Part shown: piece after piece, positions 39,500 to 48,743 of the stretch | Numbering within the stretch: position 1 is the first letter of the stretch | How the letters are laid out: each line of letters opens with the position of its first letter | DNA from: Chthonomonadales bacterium | GTDB taxonomy: Bacteria > Armatimonadota > Chthonomonadetes > Chthonomonadales > CAJBBX01 | Length of the DNA stretch: 64,000 nt | Assembly: GCA_037443035.1 (NCBI GenBank) | Contig: JBBIPC010000005.1 | Location: forward strand, 32,001 to 96,000 | Direction of reading: 5' to 3' | Position numbers and translations under genes: made by a program | The notes under the pieces: model-generated | The model's input: the letters and a program-made list of their open reading frames with translations, nothing else | Database searches by the model: none | What the model was told of the DNA's origin: nothing

Positions 39500-42217
39500 T
39501 CAACGCCGTTCCCAAGCGTTGATGGAGTTATCTATGACCCGTTGCAGCGTTCTTATCGCATGGTTGCCCGAGTCGGCAATGAGGATCGTCCCGCCTTCCT
39601 CCATGGCGAGATGCATGGGCGCATTCATCGTTCCCTGATGACCGTCGGAGAATCCCAGTCCGGCTATGAGCTGATGACGCGTGACATCCTGGGTGATCCT
39701 GCTGATCGCATGAAGCGTCGATTCGGCGACGTACGTATGACCGGCCCTGTCGCGAGCCAGTCCGGTCGGCGAAGTCAGCGCCGGTGATGCGGTCGTCACG
39801 CTCATGGTCGTTGCCGTGCTGTCCACAAGCCGCCGAATCCGATTGTTGCCTCTATCGGCAACGTAGGCGACCCCCAACTCATCCATCACGATCTGGTGTG
39901 GACTGCTGAATCGGGCCGCCGATCCCGTTGCGTCCACGTAACCAGACGCTCCAGGGCTGCCGGCCACGGTCGTTACGGCGTAGGAAGAGGGTTTCCGCGG
40001 GTCGGCACCGGGGCGAAGGAGAATGCGCCGGATCGTGTGATTGCCGGTATCCGCCACGAGAACGACTCCGCCCATGGAGACAGCTACGCCGGTGGGAGCG
40101 CTGAACGTGGCGACCTGGCCGCTGCCATCCGAACTACCCTCCGTGGAACCAGCGACTGTCGCCACAACACCGTTGGGCCACACGCGCCGGATCCGATGGT
40201 TGTTCGTATCGGCAATCAAGAGCGATCCATCGGGAGCGACGGCGATACCGGATGGCCCGTTGAACGATGTCGTACCAGCAGTTCCATCACTGGACCCAGA
40301 GCCTGCGAACCCGGCCAGCGTACCCACGTTCCCGCCACGGTCTATGTAACAGACCCTATGCCTGTCGGTGAACACCGCACGGATCGGTTGACCGCTCATC
40401 GTGAGGAAGTTTCCCGCGAGCCGTGCGGGTATTGCCGCCACGCCGACAGGTGTATCCAACCTGGCAACCTGTCCCGGTCCATCCGAGCTTCCAGGCGTTC
40501 CGTTGCCGGCGAGAGTCGTCAACGCACAGGCACCGCCGGCGGGCAGATTCACCAAGTTGCTGTCGGTCTCGATACAGACATAGAACGAGAAACCTGACAC
40601 TCCGTGCGGTACGTAGAACTGCAACTCTGCCTCATAGGCGTTCTCCTTAGGCTCCATGACCTTGCTGCAATCGCCCTGGGGATTCTCGCGGGCGTCCCAG
40701 TTGATCCAGCTCACTGTCTCCGAAGGGCTGCCCGCGGCTCCGCCGATGTGGAGAACGTCGGTGGGTACTACGACCTCACGGATACGGCAGTTGATCGCAT
40801 CGGCCAGATAAGCCGTGGTAGCCGTTGCCTGCGTTCGTAGCATGGTCACGTCATACAGTTGGCTGAACCGTGCCGTGTAGCCGTCCCCGTCTGCATATCC
40901 CGAGGACGTCGAACCCGCCAAGGTAGTGACGAGGTAGTTGCCGGCCTGGGTCGGTTCCGACTCCGAGACTTGTGTGAGTGCCCTAAGCGTGAAAGCGTCG
41001 GTCACCAATGCGAACAGGCCTGGTTGTCCCTCTACCCATCCTGCACAGATCCCACTCAGGGTGGTAAAGGAGGCGGCCGACCCAGGACCATCCGCTGCAC
41101 CGGCTCCATTGCCCCCTGCAATGGTTGTGACCACAGCTGCAGAGCCGTCCGCGGCGTCAATCCTGCGGATGGCGTAGTTCGACATGTCGGCTACCAGCAG
41201 TATGTCGGGCTGCCCGGTGCGCTCCAGCAGAGTGAGGTCGCGGGGTGAGCTGAATCGAGCTGTGGATCCAGGGCCGTCCACGAATCCGGACGCCAAGGCC
41301 AGTCCGGCGATGGTCTCCACGTAATATGAAGCGCTCTTGTCTCTTGGGCCCGCTCCAGTGTAAGTGATACGGCGGATCGTCTGTCCCATACGGTCGCAGA
41401 CGTAGATGCGGTTTCCGTCTCGGCTAACGCAGATGCCACTGGGATTGGCGAAAAGTGCCGAGCTTCCTGGTCCATCCTGCTCCGCGGCTGCTCCGGCACC
41501 GGCAATCGTGGTGACCTGGCCAAGATCGGTAATGCGGCGGATCTTGTGGCCGTATTCGTCCGCTACGAATATAGTGCCACTTCCATCGGTGCAAAGATGG
41601 CAAGGCCCCGAGAACGACGCGGATGAGCCGGTGCCATCAGCACTTCCCACTATGCCGGCGGCACCTGCCAGCGTCGCTACCATGTCGTCTGGCAGTATCC
41701 TGCGAATCGTCGGCCCGTTCAGATCCGACACGAATAGGTCCGTCGCGTTAGGTCCGTCGCCCATACTGACACCCGCGGGTGTGTCGAACGAGGCGTCTTT
41801 GCCGTGACCGTCCGATTCGCTCGAGCTCCCGTTTCCGGCTCTCGTCCTTACGCGAACTCTCATACGGACGTCCTTGCGATCGGAGTTTTCGAGATTGGAC
41901 ACAATGAGCTTGACCGGTGACGCAGGCCACGCATGTCCCGATTTGTTGGTGGCACGAACACGTATCAGACGCTGACCCGCGTCACCGTTGACGATCAGCA
42001 GGTCCGTGCTGGCGAAGGTGACGGCTGCCCCCTCGTAAAGGGCGCGGCCGGCCGGTTGGGTGATCGTAACCTTACCTGTGCGAACGTCCACATCGAATCT
42101 GGCGAGGCCAGAGGCAAGGCTGGAGGGGGTCGTTGGCGATGATGCGTGCTGCCCGCCGCCACATCCCACGAGGCCGAGCAAGACGGGCAGCAAACGAAGG
42201 ACGCGTTGAGCTCTCAT
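39500..42217 (-). CDS. Lipoprotein with two NHL-repeat beta-propellers
   Basis: LVGC lipobox; many T.AG...G..DG.G..A.F..P.G......ADT.NH.IR repeats; GGAGGT RBS. Confidence 0.88.
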   Translation of the reverse strand: MRAQRVLRLLPVLLGLVGCGGGQHASSPTTPSSLASGLARFDVDVRTGKVTITQPAGRALYEGAAVTFASTDLLIVNGDAGQRLIRVRATNKSGHAWPASPVKLIVSNLENSDRKDVRMRVRVRTRAGNGSSSESDGHGKDASFDTPAGVSMGDGPNATDLFVSDLNGPTIRRILPDDMVATLAGAAGIVGSADGTGSSASFSGPCHLCTDGSGTIFVADEYGHKIRRITDLGQVTTIAGAGAAAEQDGPGSSALFANPSGICVSRDGNRIYVCDRMGQTIRRITYTGAGPRDKSASYYVETIAGLALASGFVDGPGSTARFSSPRDLTLLERTGQPDILLVADMSNYAIRRIDAADGSAAVVTTIAGGNGAGAADGPGSAASFTTLSGICAGWVEGQPGLFALVTDAFTLRALTQVSESEPTQAGNYLVTTLAGSTSSGYADGDGYTARFSQLYDVTMLRTQATATTAYLADAINCRIREVVVPTDVLHIGGAAGSPSETVSWINWDARENPQGDCSKVMEPKENAYEAELQFYVPHGVSGFSFYVCIETDSNLVNLPAGGACALTTLAGNGTPGSSDGPGQVARLDTPVGVAAIPARLAGNFLTMSGQPIRAVFTDRHRVCYIDRGGNVGTLAGFAGSGSSDGTAGTTSFNGPSGIAVAPDGSLLIADTNNHRIRRVWPNGVVATVAGSTEGSSDGSGQVATFSAPTGVAVSMGGVVLVADTGNHTIRRILLRPGADPRKPSSYAVTTVAGSPGASGYVDATGSAARFSSPHQIVMDELGVAYVADRGNNRIRRLVDSTATTMSVTTASPALTSPTGLARDRAGHTYVAESTLHAISRITQDVTRHQLIAGLGFSDGHQGTMNAPMHLAMEEGGTILIADSGNHAIRTLQRVIDNSINAWERR

Positions 42218-42301
42218 GGCAGCCACCTCCCCGGGCTGGTCGAGTGTTGCCAAGACGCGCCTCGCGGCAGGTAGCCCTGCCGTTCAGTTGTCTACATAAT
42301 C

Positions 42302-42329
42302 ATTATACGGATGCTAATGGAAATGGCAA
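42302..42329 (-). promoter_or_regulatory. Sigma70-type promoter of the NHL gene
   Basis: TTGCCA-N16-TATAAT on the minus strand. Confidence 0.6.
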
Positions 42330-42553
42330 GGTCTGTCGGCCGATTGTCATGGCGATAGTGGCGGTCACGCGCACCCTCGTGACGCACGCTAGTGCGGGCA
42401 GTGGAGGGTCGAGGGATCTCCCAATGGCATTCGGTACGGAGAACATCCGTGGGGCCACAGAAGGCGCCCGGAATGGTGGGCAGACTGTGGTCCCCAGGCG
42501 CTGGGGGGCCTGTGCCTGAGGACCGTGCGCCGCACCGTCTGCGCTGCCGACTT

Positions 42554-43912
42554 CTAAGCCCTTGCCAGCGCTCCCATGGGATCCCATGGGGGCAGTCGGA
42601 CGGGTTCCATCCGCAGCACCTCGAGGAGCTCCGGCGAAAGGTACTTCTTTTCGACGGCCACCTCGTAGTTGTACTCGTCGAACCAGCGGTCCGTCATGAC
42701 CATGAAACCCTTGTTGCCCGGCTTGTCACCCCAGCTATTCTCGACTCGCCACTTGACCGGCTTGCCCTCGTCATCGAGATCCACACCGGTGAAGACCATG
42801 GCATGGTTCATGGCGCTCTGGCCGTAGTCGAGACGCTGAGCCTTGTCCAGACCGAACTCCACTCCGTAGATCGGCTCGAACTCGAAGAGATCCATGTCCA
42901 TGAGCCCCAGGTCCCGGTCGAACATCTTCCCTACGTCGCAACCGAACCACACCGGCTTGCCGTCCTTGATCATCTCCACCGCCGCCCGCTTCATCACGTC
43001 CAACTCCACGTTCAGGTACCGGATGATATCGCCCTCCAGGACGTTCCCGAGGTACTCGATGGTGTACACGGTGTTGTACCTCTTGCTGGATTGCGGGCAG
43101 TGGATGAGGCACACCATGCTGTCCAGGTCCGGCTGGACGTAACGCTCGGTGAACTCGTGGGGGGTCAGGACGCCGTCCCTGTGGAAGACCTTGTCCTTGT
43201 CGCGCCACTGCCAAACGAAGGAGGATGGAGGCACCCCCAGATGGATACAGAGCATCCGGTAGACCTCTTCAAGCATGGCATCCTTTCGCTTGCGGAGCTC
43301 AGCGACGGGCACTCCTTCGCGTGCCCAGTCTCGTAGCCTACAGGCGTACTCGCGCAGCTTCAGCGTGATGAGCGAGTTCATGACGCCGGTGTTGCTGCTG
43401 CTCTCGGTTTCCGGCATGACTTCCTTGGGCACGACACCGTACTTGCGCACCAGGTTGGCGAACATGTCCCACTGGCCGCCGTCCTGGATGGGGTTCTGGA
43501 CCAGCCACATGATAAGGCGGCTGTCAGTAGCCTCGTCGAGCGTCTCGAGGATGCTCTCGAGAAAGTAGTTCGCCTTCTCCAGCTTGTCCCAGAACATGAG
43601 GTAGTTCTGCGAAAGCTCGAAGTTCTCCAGGTTCATCCGTTCGGCGGCTGCCATGCGCATGGTATTCAGACCGGCGAATAGCCAGCACCGGCCGCTGGCG
43701 TTCTGGCTGGTGGCCTCTCCGGCCTTCACGATGTGGGAAAACGTGTGGTTGCAGCGGACCACCGCCTGGCGGTTCATGGCGATGGAACGGACCGACGTCT
43801 TGGTGACAGCGTTCAGGGCCGCCCGGCGCACCGGGTCGGACTCGAAAGCTCTGCGGAAGCCATCTACCTGCTTCAGGGTGAGCGGGTTGGCTCCGCTGGA
43901 TACTTCTGGCAT
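42554..43912 (-). CDS. pepC: Aminopeptidase C / bleomycin hydrolase (C1B)
   Basis: QNASGRCWLFA, DGGQW, NHAM, VENSWG, C-terminal PWDPMGALA. Confidence 0.96.
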   Translation of the reverse strand: MPEVSSGANPLTLKQVDGFRRAFESDPVRRAALNAVTKTSVRSIAMNRQAVVRCNHTFSHIVKAGEATSQNASGRCWLFAGLNTMRMAAAERMNLENFELSQNYLMFWDKLEKANYFLESILETLDEATDSRLIMWLVQNPIQDGGQWDMFANLVRKYGVVPKEVMPETESSSNTGVMNSLITLKLREYACRLRDWAREGVPVAELRKRKDAMLEEVYRMLCIHLGVPPSSFVWQWRDKDKVFHRDGVLTPHEFTERYVQPDLDSMVCLIHCPQSSKRYNTVYTIEYLGNVLEGDIIRYLNVELDVMKRAAVEMIKDGKPVWFGCDVGKMFDRDLGLMDMDLFEFEPIYGVEFGLDKAQRLDYGQSAMNHAMVFTGVDLDDEGKPVKWRVENSWGDKPGNKGFMVMTDRWFDEYNYEVAVEKKYLSPELLEVLRMEPVRLPPWDPMGALARA

Positions 43913-44054
43913 TGGTGTATCTCCTCAGGCGGACATCTCGGTCAGACGCCGAGATGCCCGTCGTTGTCTCAGTTGTCCGGTTGTTCGCTCGCGCGTATGG
44001 GACCAGGATATGCAGCCCCCGGCACCATGCACGCGTACTGGGCTCGTGGTTCTG

Positions 44055-44936
44055 TCAGCGGTTCGGGCTCGCAGGACGAGGCGGCGCAAGCTTAGCTGCC
44101 GTCTCGCGGAACCACTGGACGCACTTTCGCACGTTCTCCACCAGCTCTGCGCCGGAGGTCCGCTCGAACTCGATGGAGATCGGTCCTCGGAAGCCCTGAG
44201 CCTGCAGCTCGCGAAGCTGTGCTTCAGCATGGCCGACTCCCTGACCGAAGACCACGTCTTCCTTGTTCTCGTTCAGGTCCTTGAAGTGCAGCGAGACGAC
44301 CCGTCCCTTGAGCTGCTTTAGACCCTCCACAGGATCGATCCCTGAACGGTACCAGTGGCCCGTGTCCGCGCAGGAACCGATCGACTCGCTGACACCGCTG
44401 ACGGCCTTGAGTACTGTCTCGGGACTCCAGTAATGGGAGGGCTTGGGGTGGTTGTGAATACCGATCTTGATGCCGTACTCCTTGCACAGCTTGTCCAGCA
44501 TCGGCATGGCCTCCTCGGGCGGTTCCGAGGTGATGACGCGGATGCCCAGGGCTTTGGCGAAATCGAAGACCTTGCGCGCAGCCGCTTCGTCGTTTCCCAG
44601 GCCGACCACGCCATAGGCCACCGCCCGCACACGCGACGCTTGCAGCTTGGCCTTCACGGACTCGATGACCTCAGGAGAGGCGTTGTGATCGAAGCCGATG
44701 GGGTTCTCCTTGGAAAGCTTCTGACCGGGGAAGAACTCGACGAACCGGATCCCGAGCTGGTTCAGCATGTCCAGCGTCTCGAAGACAGTCAGCTCGCGAA
44801 ACGTCCATGCCTGACAGGCCAGTTGCCATCCCAGGCGCTGCTCGGGCGTTCGCTGGCGACGCTGTCCTGGCTGCGCCTGGCCGTAGGCGGCAGGCACTAG
44901 CACTGCAACAAGGGTGAGAATGGCGAGTGTGCGCAT
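44055..44936 (-). CDS. Exported sugar phosphate isomerase/epimerase (xylose isomerase-like TIM barrel)
   Basis: Signal peptide; IGIHNH, DTGHW, LHFKD, SIEFE. Confidence 0.88.
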   Translation of the reverse strand: MRTLAILTLVAVLVPAAYGQAQPGQRRQRTPEQRLGWQLACQAWTFRELTVFETLDMLNQLGIRFVEFFPGQKLSKENPIGFDHNASPEVIESVKAKLQASRVRAVAYGVVGLGNDEAAARKVFDFAKALGIRVITSEPPEEAMPMLDKLCKEYGIKIGIHNHPKPSHYWSPETVLKAVSGVSESIGSCADTGHWYRSGIDPVEGLKQLKGRVVSLHFKDLNENKEDVVFGQGVGHAEAQLRELQAQGFRGPISIEFERTSGAELVENVRKCVQWFRETAAKLAPPRPASPNR

Positions 44937-45059
44937 TGCTTTGCTCCTTTCTGGAGAAAGAAGAGTACAGCACAAGCAACGCTTACGTCAACCGGGGAGG
45001 AGTTGGATGTTTCGTCCGCTAACAGCCCGACGTCTCCCTGGCAAACGGATGCTGAAGGG

Positions 45060-45461
45060 TCACCGGTCGGTCTCTCGGGCTGGTTCACGGGCTTCTTGCA
45101 CGAATCTGGCGAGGGAACCAGCCAGCTTCTCGAGTACGGCCAGCCAATCCTCGAGGTGTAGTCGTCCTGCGGGCGTGAGACGATACAAGTGCCGCGCAGG
45201 TCCTCTCCCCGTCACATCCCATTCGGAAGTCACAAAGCCGTTCGCCTCCAGCATGTGGAGCACACGGTAGAGAGCCGGCAAGTCCACGACCGAGTCGGTC
45301 AGAGCATGATCTTCCAGTGCTTTTCCGAGCTCGTAGCCGTGTGCCGCTCCCCGATCGCGCAGCAGTTGCAGCACTACCGGCTCGATGAACCGGTATAAGT
45401 TCCCCATGGCACAAGAACAGGGCTCTTCGCCACCGTGACGACGGCATCTCCTTCGCTGCAT
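45060..45461 (-). CDS. PadR family transcriptional regulator with Cys/His-rich N-terminus
   Basis: AHGYEL, LYRVLHMLEANGFV, GPARHLYRLTPAG; GGAGGT RBS before the ATG at 45461. Confidence 0.9.
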   Translation of the reverse strand: MQRRRCRRHGGEEPCSCAMGNLYRFIEPVVLQLLRDRGAAHGYELGKALEDHALTDSVVDLPALYRVLHMLEANGFVTSEWDVTGRGPARHLYRLTPAGRLHLEDWLAVLEKLAGSLARFVQEAREPARETDR

Positions 45462-45567
45462 CGGACCTGGACCTCCGGTAGTGTTGGCCGGCGGCGGCAT
45501 AGCTAGCAGTGACGCCTCCGGAAAAAAAGCAAGAAATCTCATGGAACATTGTAACATCTGCCAGCAG

Positions 45568-45588
45568 CTATATGTATAATACATGTAG
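45568..45588. promoter_or_regulatory. Palindromic operator overlapping TATAAT, probable PadR site
   Basis: CTAtATGTAT-A-ATACATgTAG; perfect core ATGTATAATACAT (45572-45584) in the divergent padR/nifX gap. Confidence 0.55.
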
Positions 45589-45631
45589 ACGCAACTAACA
45601 TTGTCTAGGCGGTGCGTAAAAGGAGCATGTC

Positions 45632-45991
45632 ATGAAGATTGCAATCACGGCCAGCGGACATGAACCGACGAGTACTGTGGACGCCCGCTTTGGGAGAGCT
45701 GCCTACTTCATGGTGTACGACACCACGACGTCCACTTGGACCGCAGTGCCGAACGCGCAGAATGCCGGCGCTCCCCAGGGAGCCGGAGTGCAGGCGGCGC
45801 AGTTGTTGGCCAGGGAGAAGGTCTCCGTCGTCATCAGCGGTCACTGTGGGCCTAAGGCGTTCCGAGCCCTTCAGGCGGGCGCCATAGAAGTGTACAGCGG
45901 TGCCAACGGAACAGTGGCGGAGGCTCTGGAGGCGTATCAGGCAGGGAAGCTGGTCCGACTGTCGGCACCAGATGTGCAAGGACATTGGTAG
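45632..45991 (+). CDS. NifB/NifX family (FeMo-cofactor-binding fold) protein
   Basis: MKIAITA, DARFGRAAYF, GAGVQAAQ, GHCGPKA. Confidence 0.9.
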   Translation: MKIAITASGHEPTSTVDARFGRAAYFMVYDTTTSTWTAVPNAQNAGAPQGAGVQAAQLLAREKVSVVISGHCGPKAFRALQAGAIEVYSGANGTVAEALEAYQAGKLVRLSAPDVQGHW

Positions 45992-46046
45992 ACGTTAGGC
46001 GCTACCGCGAGACAAGCACTCGACGAGGTAAGAGGAGGTCAAGAGA

Positions 46047-46358
46047 ATGCCAGGAATGGATGGTAAGGGTCCCGCGGGGCAGGGGCCGATGACAGGTCGA
46101 GGATTGGGTCCATGCGGGCGAGGTCTCGCCCGAGGCCGCGCTCCGGCACGGGGTCTGGGTCTCGGTCGCGGCTGGGGACGCGGGCTGGGTTTCGGACTGG
46201 GGCTCGCACTCGGGTGGTGCCGGCGCGCCGCCTGGTGGGCTGGGACACCTGCCGAGGAACGCGAGGTCTTGAAGGCGCGACAGGAAGTCCTCGAGCGGCA
46301 ACTCGAGCTGGTCAAGCAACAGCTAGCCGAAACTGAGACCAAAGAAGAGCAGGCGTAA
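46047..46358 (+). CDS. DUF5320 family protein
   Basis: MPGMDGKGPAGQGPMTGRGLGPC, Gly/Arg-rich middle, C-terminal coiled coil. Confidence 0.85.
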   Translation: MPGMDGKGPAGQGPMTGRGLGPCGRGLARGRAPARGLGLGRGWGRGLGFGLGLALGWCRRAAWWAGTPAEEREVLKARQEVLERQLELVKQQLAETETKEEQA

Positions 46359-46364
46359 GCCCGC

Positions 46365-47219
46365 GTGAGGATCGGCGTCGCCAGTGGCAAAGGCGGAACG
46401 GGGAAGACGCTCCTTGCCACGAGCCTGGCCTACATCTTGGCCGAAGCCAGGCCGGTTCAGTACGTCGACTGCGACGTCGAAGAGCCGAACGGTCGGATTT
46501 TCCTGAAGCCGCGTATCACACGGTCTGAAGACGTCCGTGTGGACGTGCCGGTCATCGATGGAGAGGCATGTGCACTCTGCGGCGAGTGCGCCGAGTTCTG
46601 CCGGTTCGGAGCACTCGCCGCAATGGGCGAGAAGGTTCTGCTTTTCCCCGAGCTCTGCCACTCCTGCGGCGGGTGTGCGCTCGTCTGCCCGAACGATGCC
46701 ATCCGAATGGGCCGTCGTAGTATCGGCAAGGTCGAGGTGGGACGATCGGGGAAGGTCGGTTTCGTCGAAGGGCGGCTGAACGTCGGCGAACCCATGGCGG
46801 CTCCGGTCATCTACGCGACGCTGGAGGCCGCGGACGAAGAGTCGCTCGTCATCGTGGATGCGCCGCCGGGTACATCCTGCGCGCTCATTGCCGCCATTCG
46901 AGCGTGTGACTACGTCTTGCTGGTCACGGAGCCCACGCCATTCGGGCTACATGACCTGAGGCTGACGCTAGAGGTCGTCGCGGCTCTGGGGCTTCGCGCA
47001 GGGGTCGTGGTCAACCGAGAAGGGCTGGGCGACTTGGAGGTGGAGCCACTCTGCGCAGAGGCAGGCGTACCCATCCTGGCCAGGATCCCGTTCGACCGGC
47101 GGATCGCGGAAGTCTATGCAACGGGAGATAGCGTCACCGATGCTCTGCCGGATGTTCGGTCCATCCTTAGCGACCTGGCCTGTGCGGTATTGCAGGAGAG
47201 CTCATGCCGGAACTCGTGA
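46365..47219 (+). CDS. MinD-like P-loop ATPase with inserted 2x[4Fe-4S] ferredoxin domain
   Basis: SGKGGTGKT, DCDVEEPN, CALCGECAEFC, CHSCGGCALVCP, DAPPGTSC. Confidence 0.92.
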   Translation: MRIGVASGKGGTGKTLLATSLAYILAEARPVQYVDCDVEEPNGRIFLKPRITRSEDVRVDVPVIDGEACALCGECAEFCRFGALAAMGEKVLLFPELCHSCGGCALVCPNDAIRMGRRSIGKVEVGRSGKVGFVEGRLNVGEPMAAPVIYATLEAADEESLVIVDAPPGTSCALIAAIRACDYVLLVTEPTPFGLHDLRLTLEVVAALGLRAGVVVNREGLGDLEVEPLCAEAGVPILARIPFDRRIAEVYATGDSVTDALPDVRSILSDLACAVLQESSCRNS

Positions 47220-48118
47220 TACTGAGCGGCAAGGGCGGCACGGGGAAGACCAGCGTCACTGCAGCATTCGCAGCGCTGGCCGTGCCTGTTACGTTGGCCG
47301 ACTGCGATGTGGATGCCGCCGACTTGCACCTCGTGGCCGCGCCCGAGACAACCGAAACGCACGAGTTCCGATCGGGCTGGCACGCCGTCCTGGACCAGAC
47401 TCTTTGTCGGCAATGTGGACGCTGCATCGCGTCGTGCCGGTTCGATGCAATCCACCGCGATAGGACGCGCTACCGCCAACTCCACATTGACCCGTTCGCC
47501 TGCGAAGGGTGCGGCGTGTGCGAGTTCGTCTGCCGCATGGGCGCCATCTCCATGGAGGAGCCGATTCGGGGATTCTGGTACCGATCCGTGACCCGGTTCG
47601 GACCCATGTTCCATGCCCAACTACACCCGGGCGCAGAAAACTCCGGGAAGCTGGTGACCCTCCTGCGGCGGAAGGCCCGGCAAGCCGCCGAGCAGCCGAA
47701 CGGTCTTCTCCTGACCGACGGGCCGCCGGGAGTGGGCTGCGCCGCCATCGCCACGCTTACGGGAGCGGATCACGTGCTCTTCGTTACGGAACCGACCGCA
47801 ACCGGGCTACACGACCTGAAACGTGCGGAGAGATTGGCCGCTGGATTTCGTATCCCCGGCAGCGTCTTGATCAATAAAGCCGATCTCAGCCCGGAGATGA
47901 GCCGCTCCATTGCAGAGTATGCCGGCCAAGCGGGTCTTCATCTCCTGGGAGAGGTGCCGTTCGATGCCGCGTTCGCCCGGGCGCAGGCCGCCGGCCAGAC
48001 GATATTGGAATACGGTCGGAGTCCTGGAGCCGACGCGCTACGAGTAGCATGGTCGCGGCTTCAGCGGCTGCTATCCGCCAAGACGCGCACACCGTTTCGA
48101 ATTGTCAAGAATATGTAG
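47204..48118 (+). CDS. Second MinD-like P-loop ATPase with ferredoxin insert
   Basis: SGKGGTGKT, DCDVDAAD, CRQCGRCIASC, CEGCGVCEFVC, ENSGKLV, DGPPGVGC. Confidence 0.92.
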   Translation: MPELVILSGKGGTGKTSVTAAFAALAVPVTLADCDVDAADLHLVAAPETTETHEFRSGWHAVLDQTLCRQCGRCIASCRFDAIHRDRTRYRQLHIDPFACEGCGVCEFVCRMGAISMEEPIRGFWYRSVTRFGPMFHAQLHPGAENSGKLVTLLRRKARQAAEQPNGLLLTDGPPGVGCAAIATLTGADHVLFVTEPTATGLHDLKRAERLAAGFRIPGSVLINKADLSPEMSRSIAEYAGQAGLHLLGEVPFDAAFARAQAAGQTILEYGRSPGADALRVAWSRLQRLLSAKTRTPFRIVKNM

Positions 48119-48134
48119 TTCGAGGGAGCCATCC

Positions 48135-48473
48135 ATGATCATCGCGATACCGCTCGTGGGAGACCGGTTGTCGGCCCACTTTGGTCATTGCGAGAAGTTC
48201 GCCCTCGTCCATGCCGATGGCGGCAAAGAGGGCGTTCTCAGGCTGGAGACTGTGACCCCACCGCCGCACGCACCGGGTGTCTTCCCGCAGTGGCTGGCCC
48301 AGTTGGGTGTACAGGTCGTGATCGTAGGCGGCATGGGCTCTCGGGCCCAGTCCCTCTTCGCCCAGCAAGGCATCACCGTCGTCACCGGTGCCCCCGTGGA
48401 CACTCCGGAAGTTCTTGCGCAAGCCTACCTGAGCGGGTGTCTCCAGAGCGGAGAGAACGTCTGCGATCACTGA
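48135..48473 (+). CDS. NifB/NifX family protein
   Basis: SAHFGHC, PPPHAPG, GGMG, C-terminal NVCDH. Confidence 0.9.
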   Translation: MIIAIPLVGDRLSAHFGHCEKFALVHADGGKEGVLRLETVTPPPHAPGVFPQWLAQLGVQVVIVGGMGSRAQSLFAQQGITVVTGAPVDTPEVLAQAYLSGCLQSGENVCDH

Positions 48474-48520
48474 CGAGGTGAGGGCCGCCGTAGCTACCCA
48501 CTAGTCCCCCCAGCCTTCTG

Positions 48521-48568
48521 GATGCCCCCTGATCTCGCAGACTCGGTCGCGATGCGAGAGGGGGCATC
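48521..48568. terminator. GC-rich stem-loop after the NifX cluster
   Basis: GATGCCCCCT-ga-TCTCGCA ... TGCGAGA-GGGGGCATC; no U tract. Confidence 0.5.
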
Positions 48569-48633
48569 GTGTCGTGTGCCGACTAACAACAGAGGAGAAA
48601 GCAGTCCCCAGAGCAGCGAATGTGTGGATATAC

Positions 48634-48651
48634 TTGTATAGATATTCACAA
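48634..48651. promoter_or_regulatory. Rex-like operator upstream of the cytochrome cluster
   Basis: TTGTATAGATATTCACAA against the Rex consensus TTGTGAA-N4-TTCACAA (12/14); extended -10 TGgTAATAT at 48656-48664. Confidence 0.55.
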
Positions 48652-48743
48652 CGTGTGGTAATATAGTGGACGATTGGTGGCGCCGGAGCAGTTGCTCCGC
48701 TTCGACGTCTGCCAGCTACATAGTGACGGAGGTAACGAGCACG

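Noticed and set aside
46100..46220. GGNCKN-type repeats as a DNA repeat element
   Set aside because: They encode the Gly-Arg/Gly-Leu tract of the DUF5320 protein.
45632..48473. Nitrogen fixation genes
   Set aside because: Only NifX-fold proteins and MinD-type ATPases; no nifH, nifD, nifK, nifE, nifN or radical-SAM nifB.
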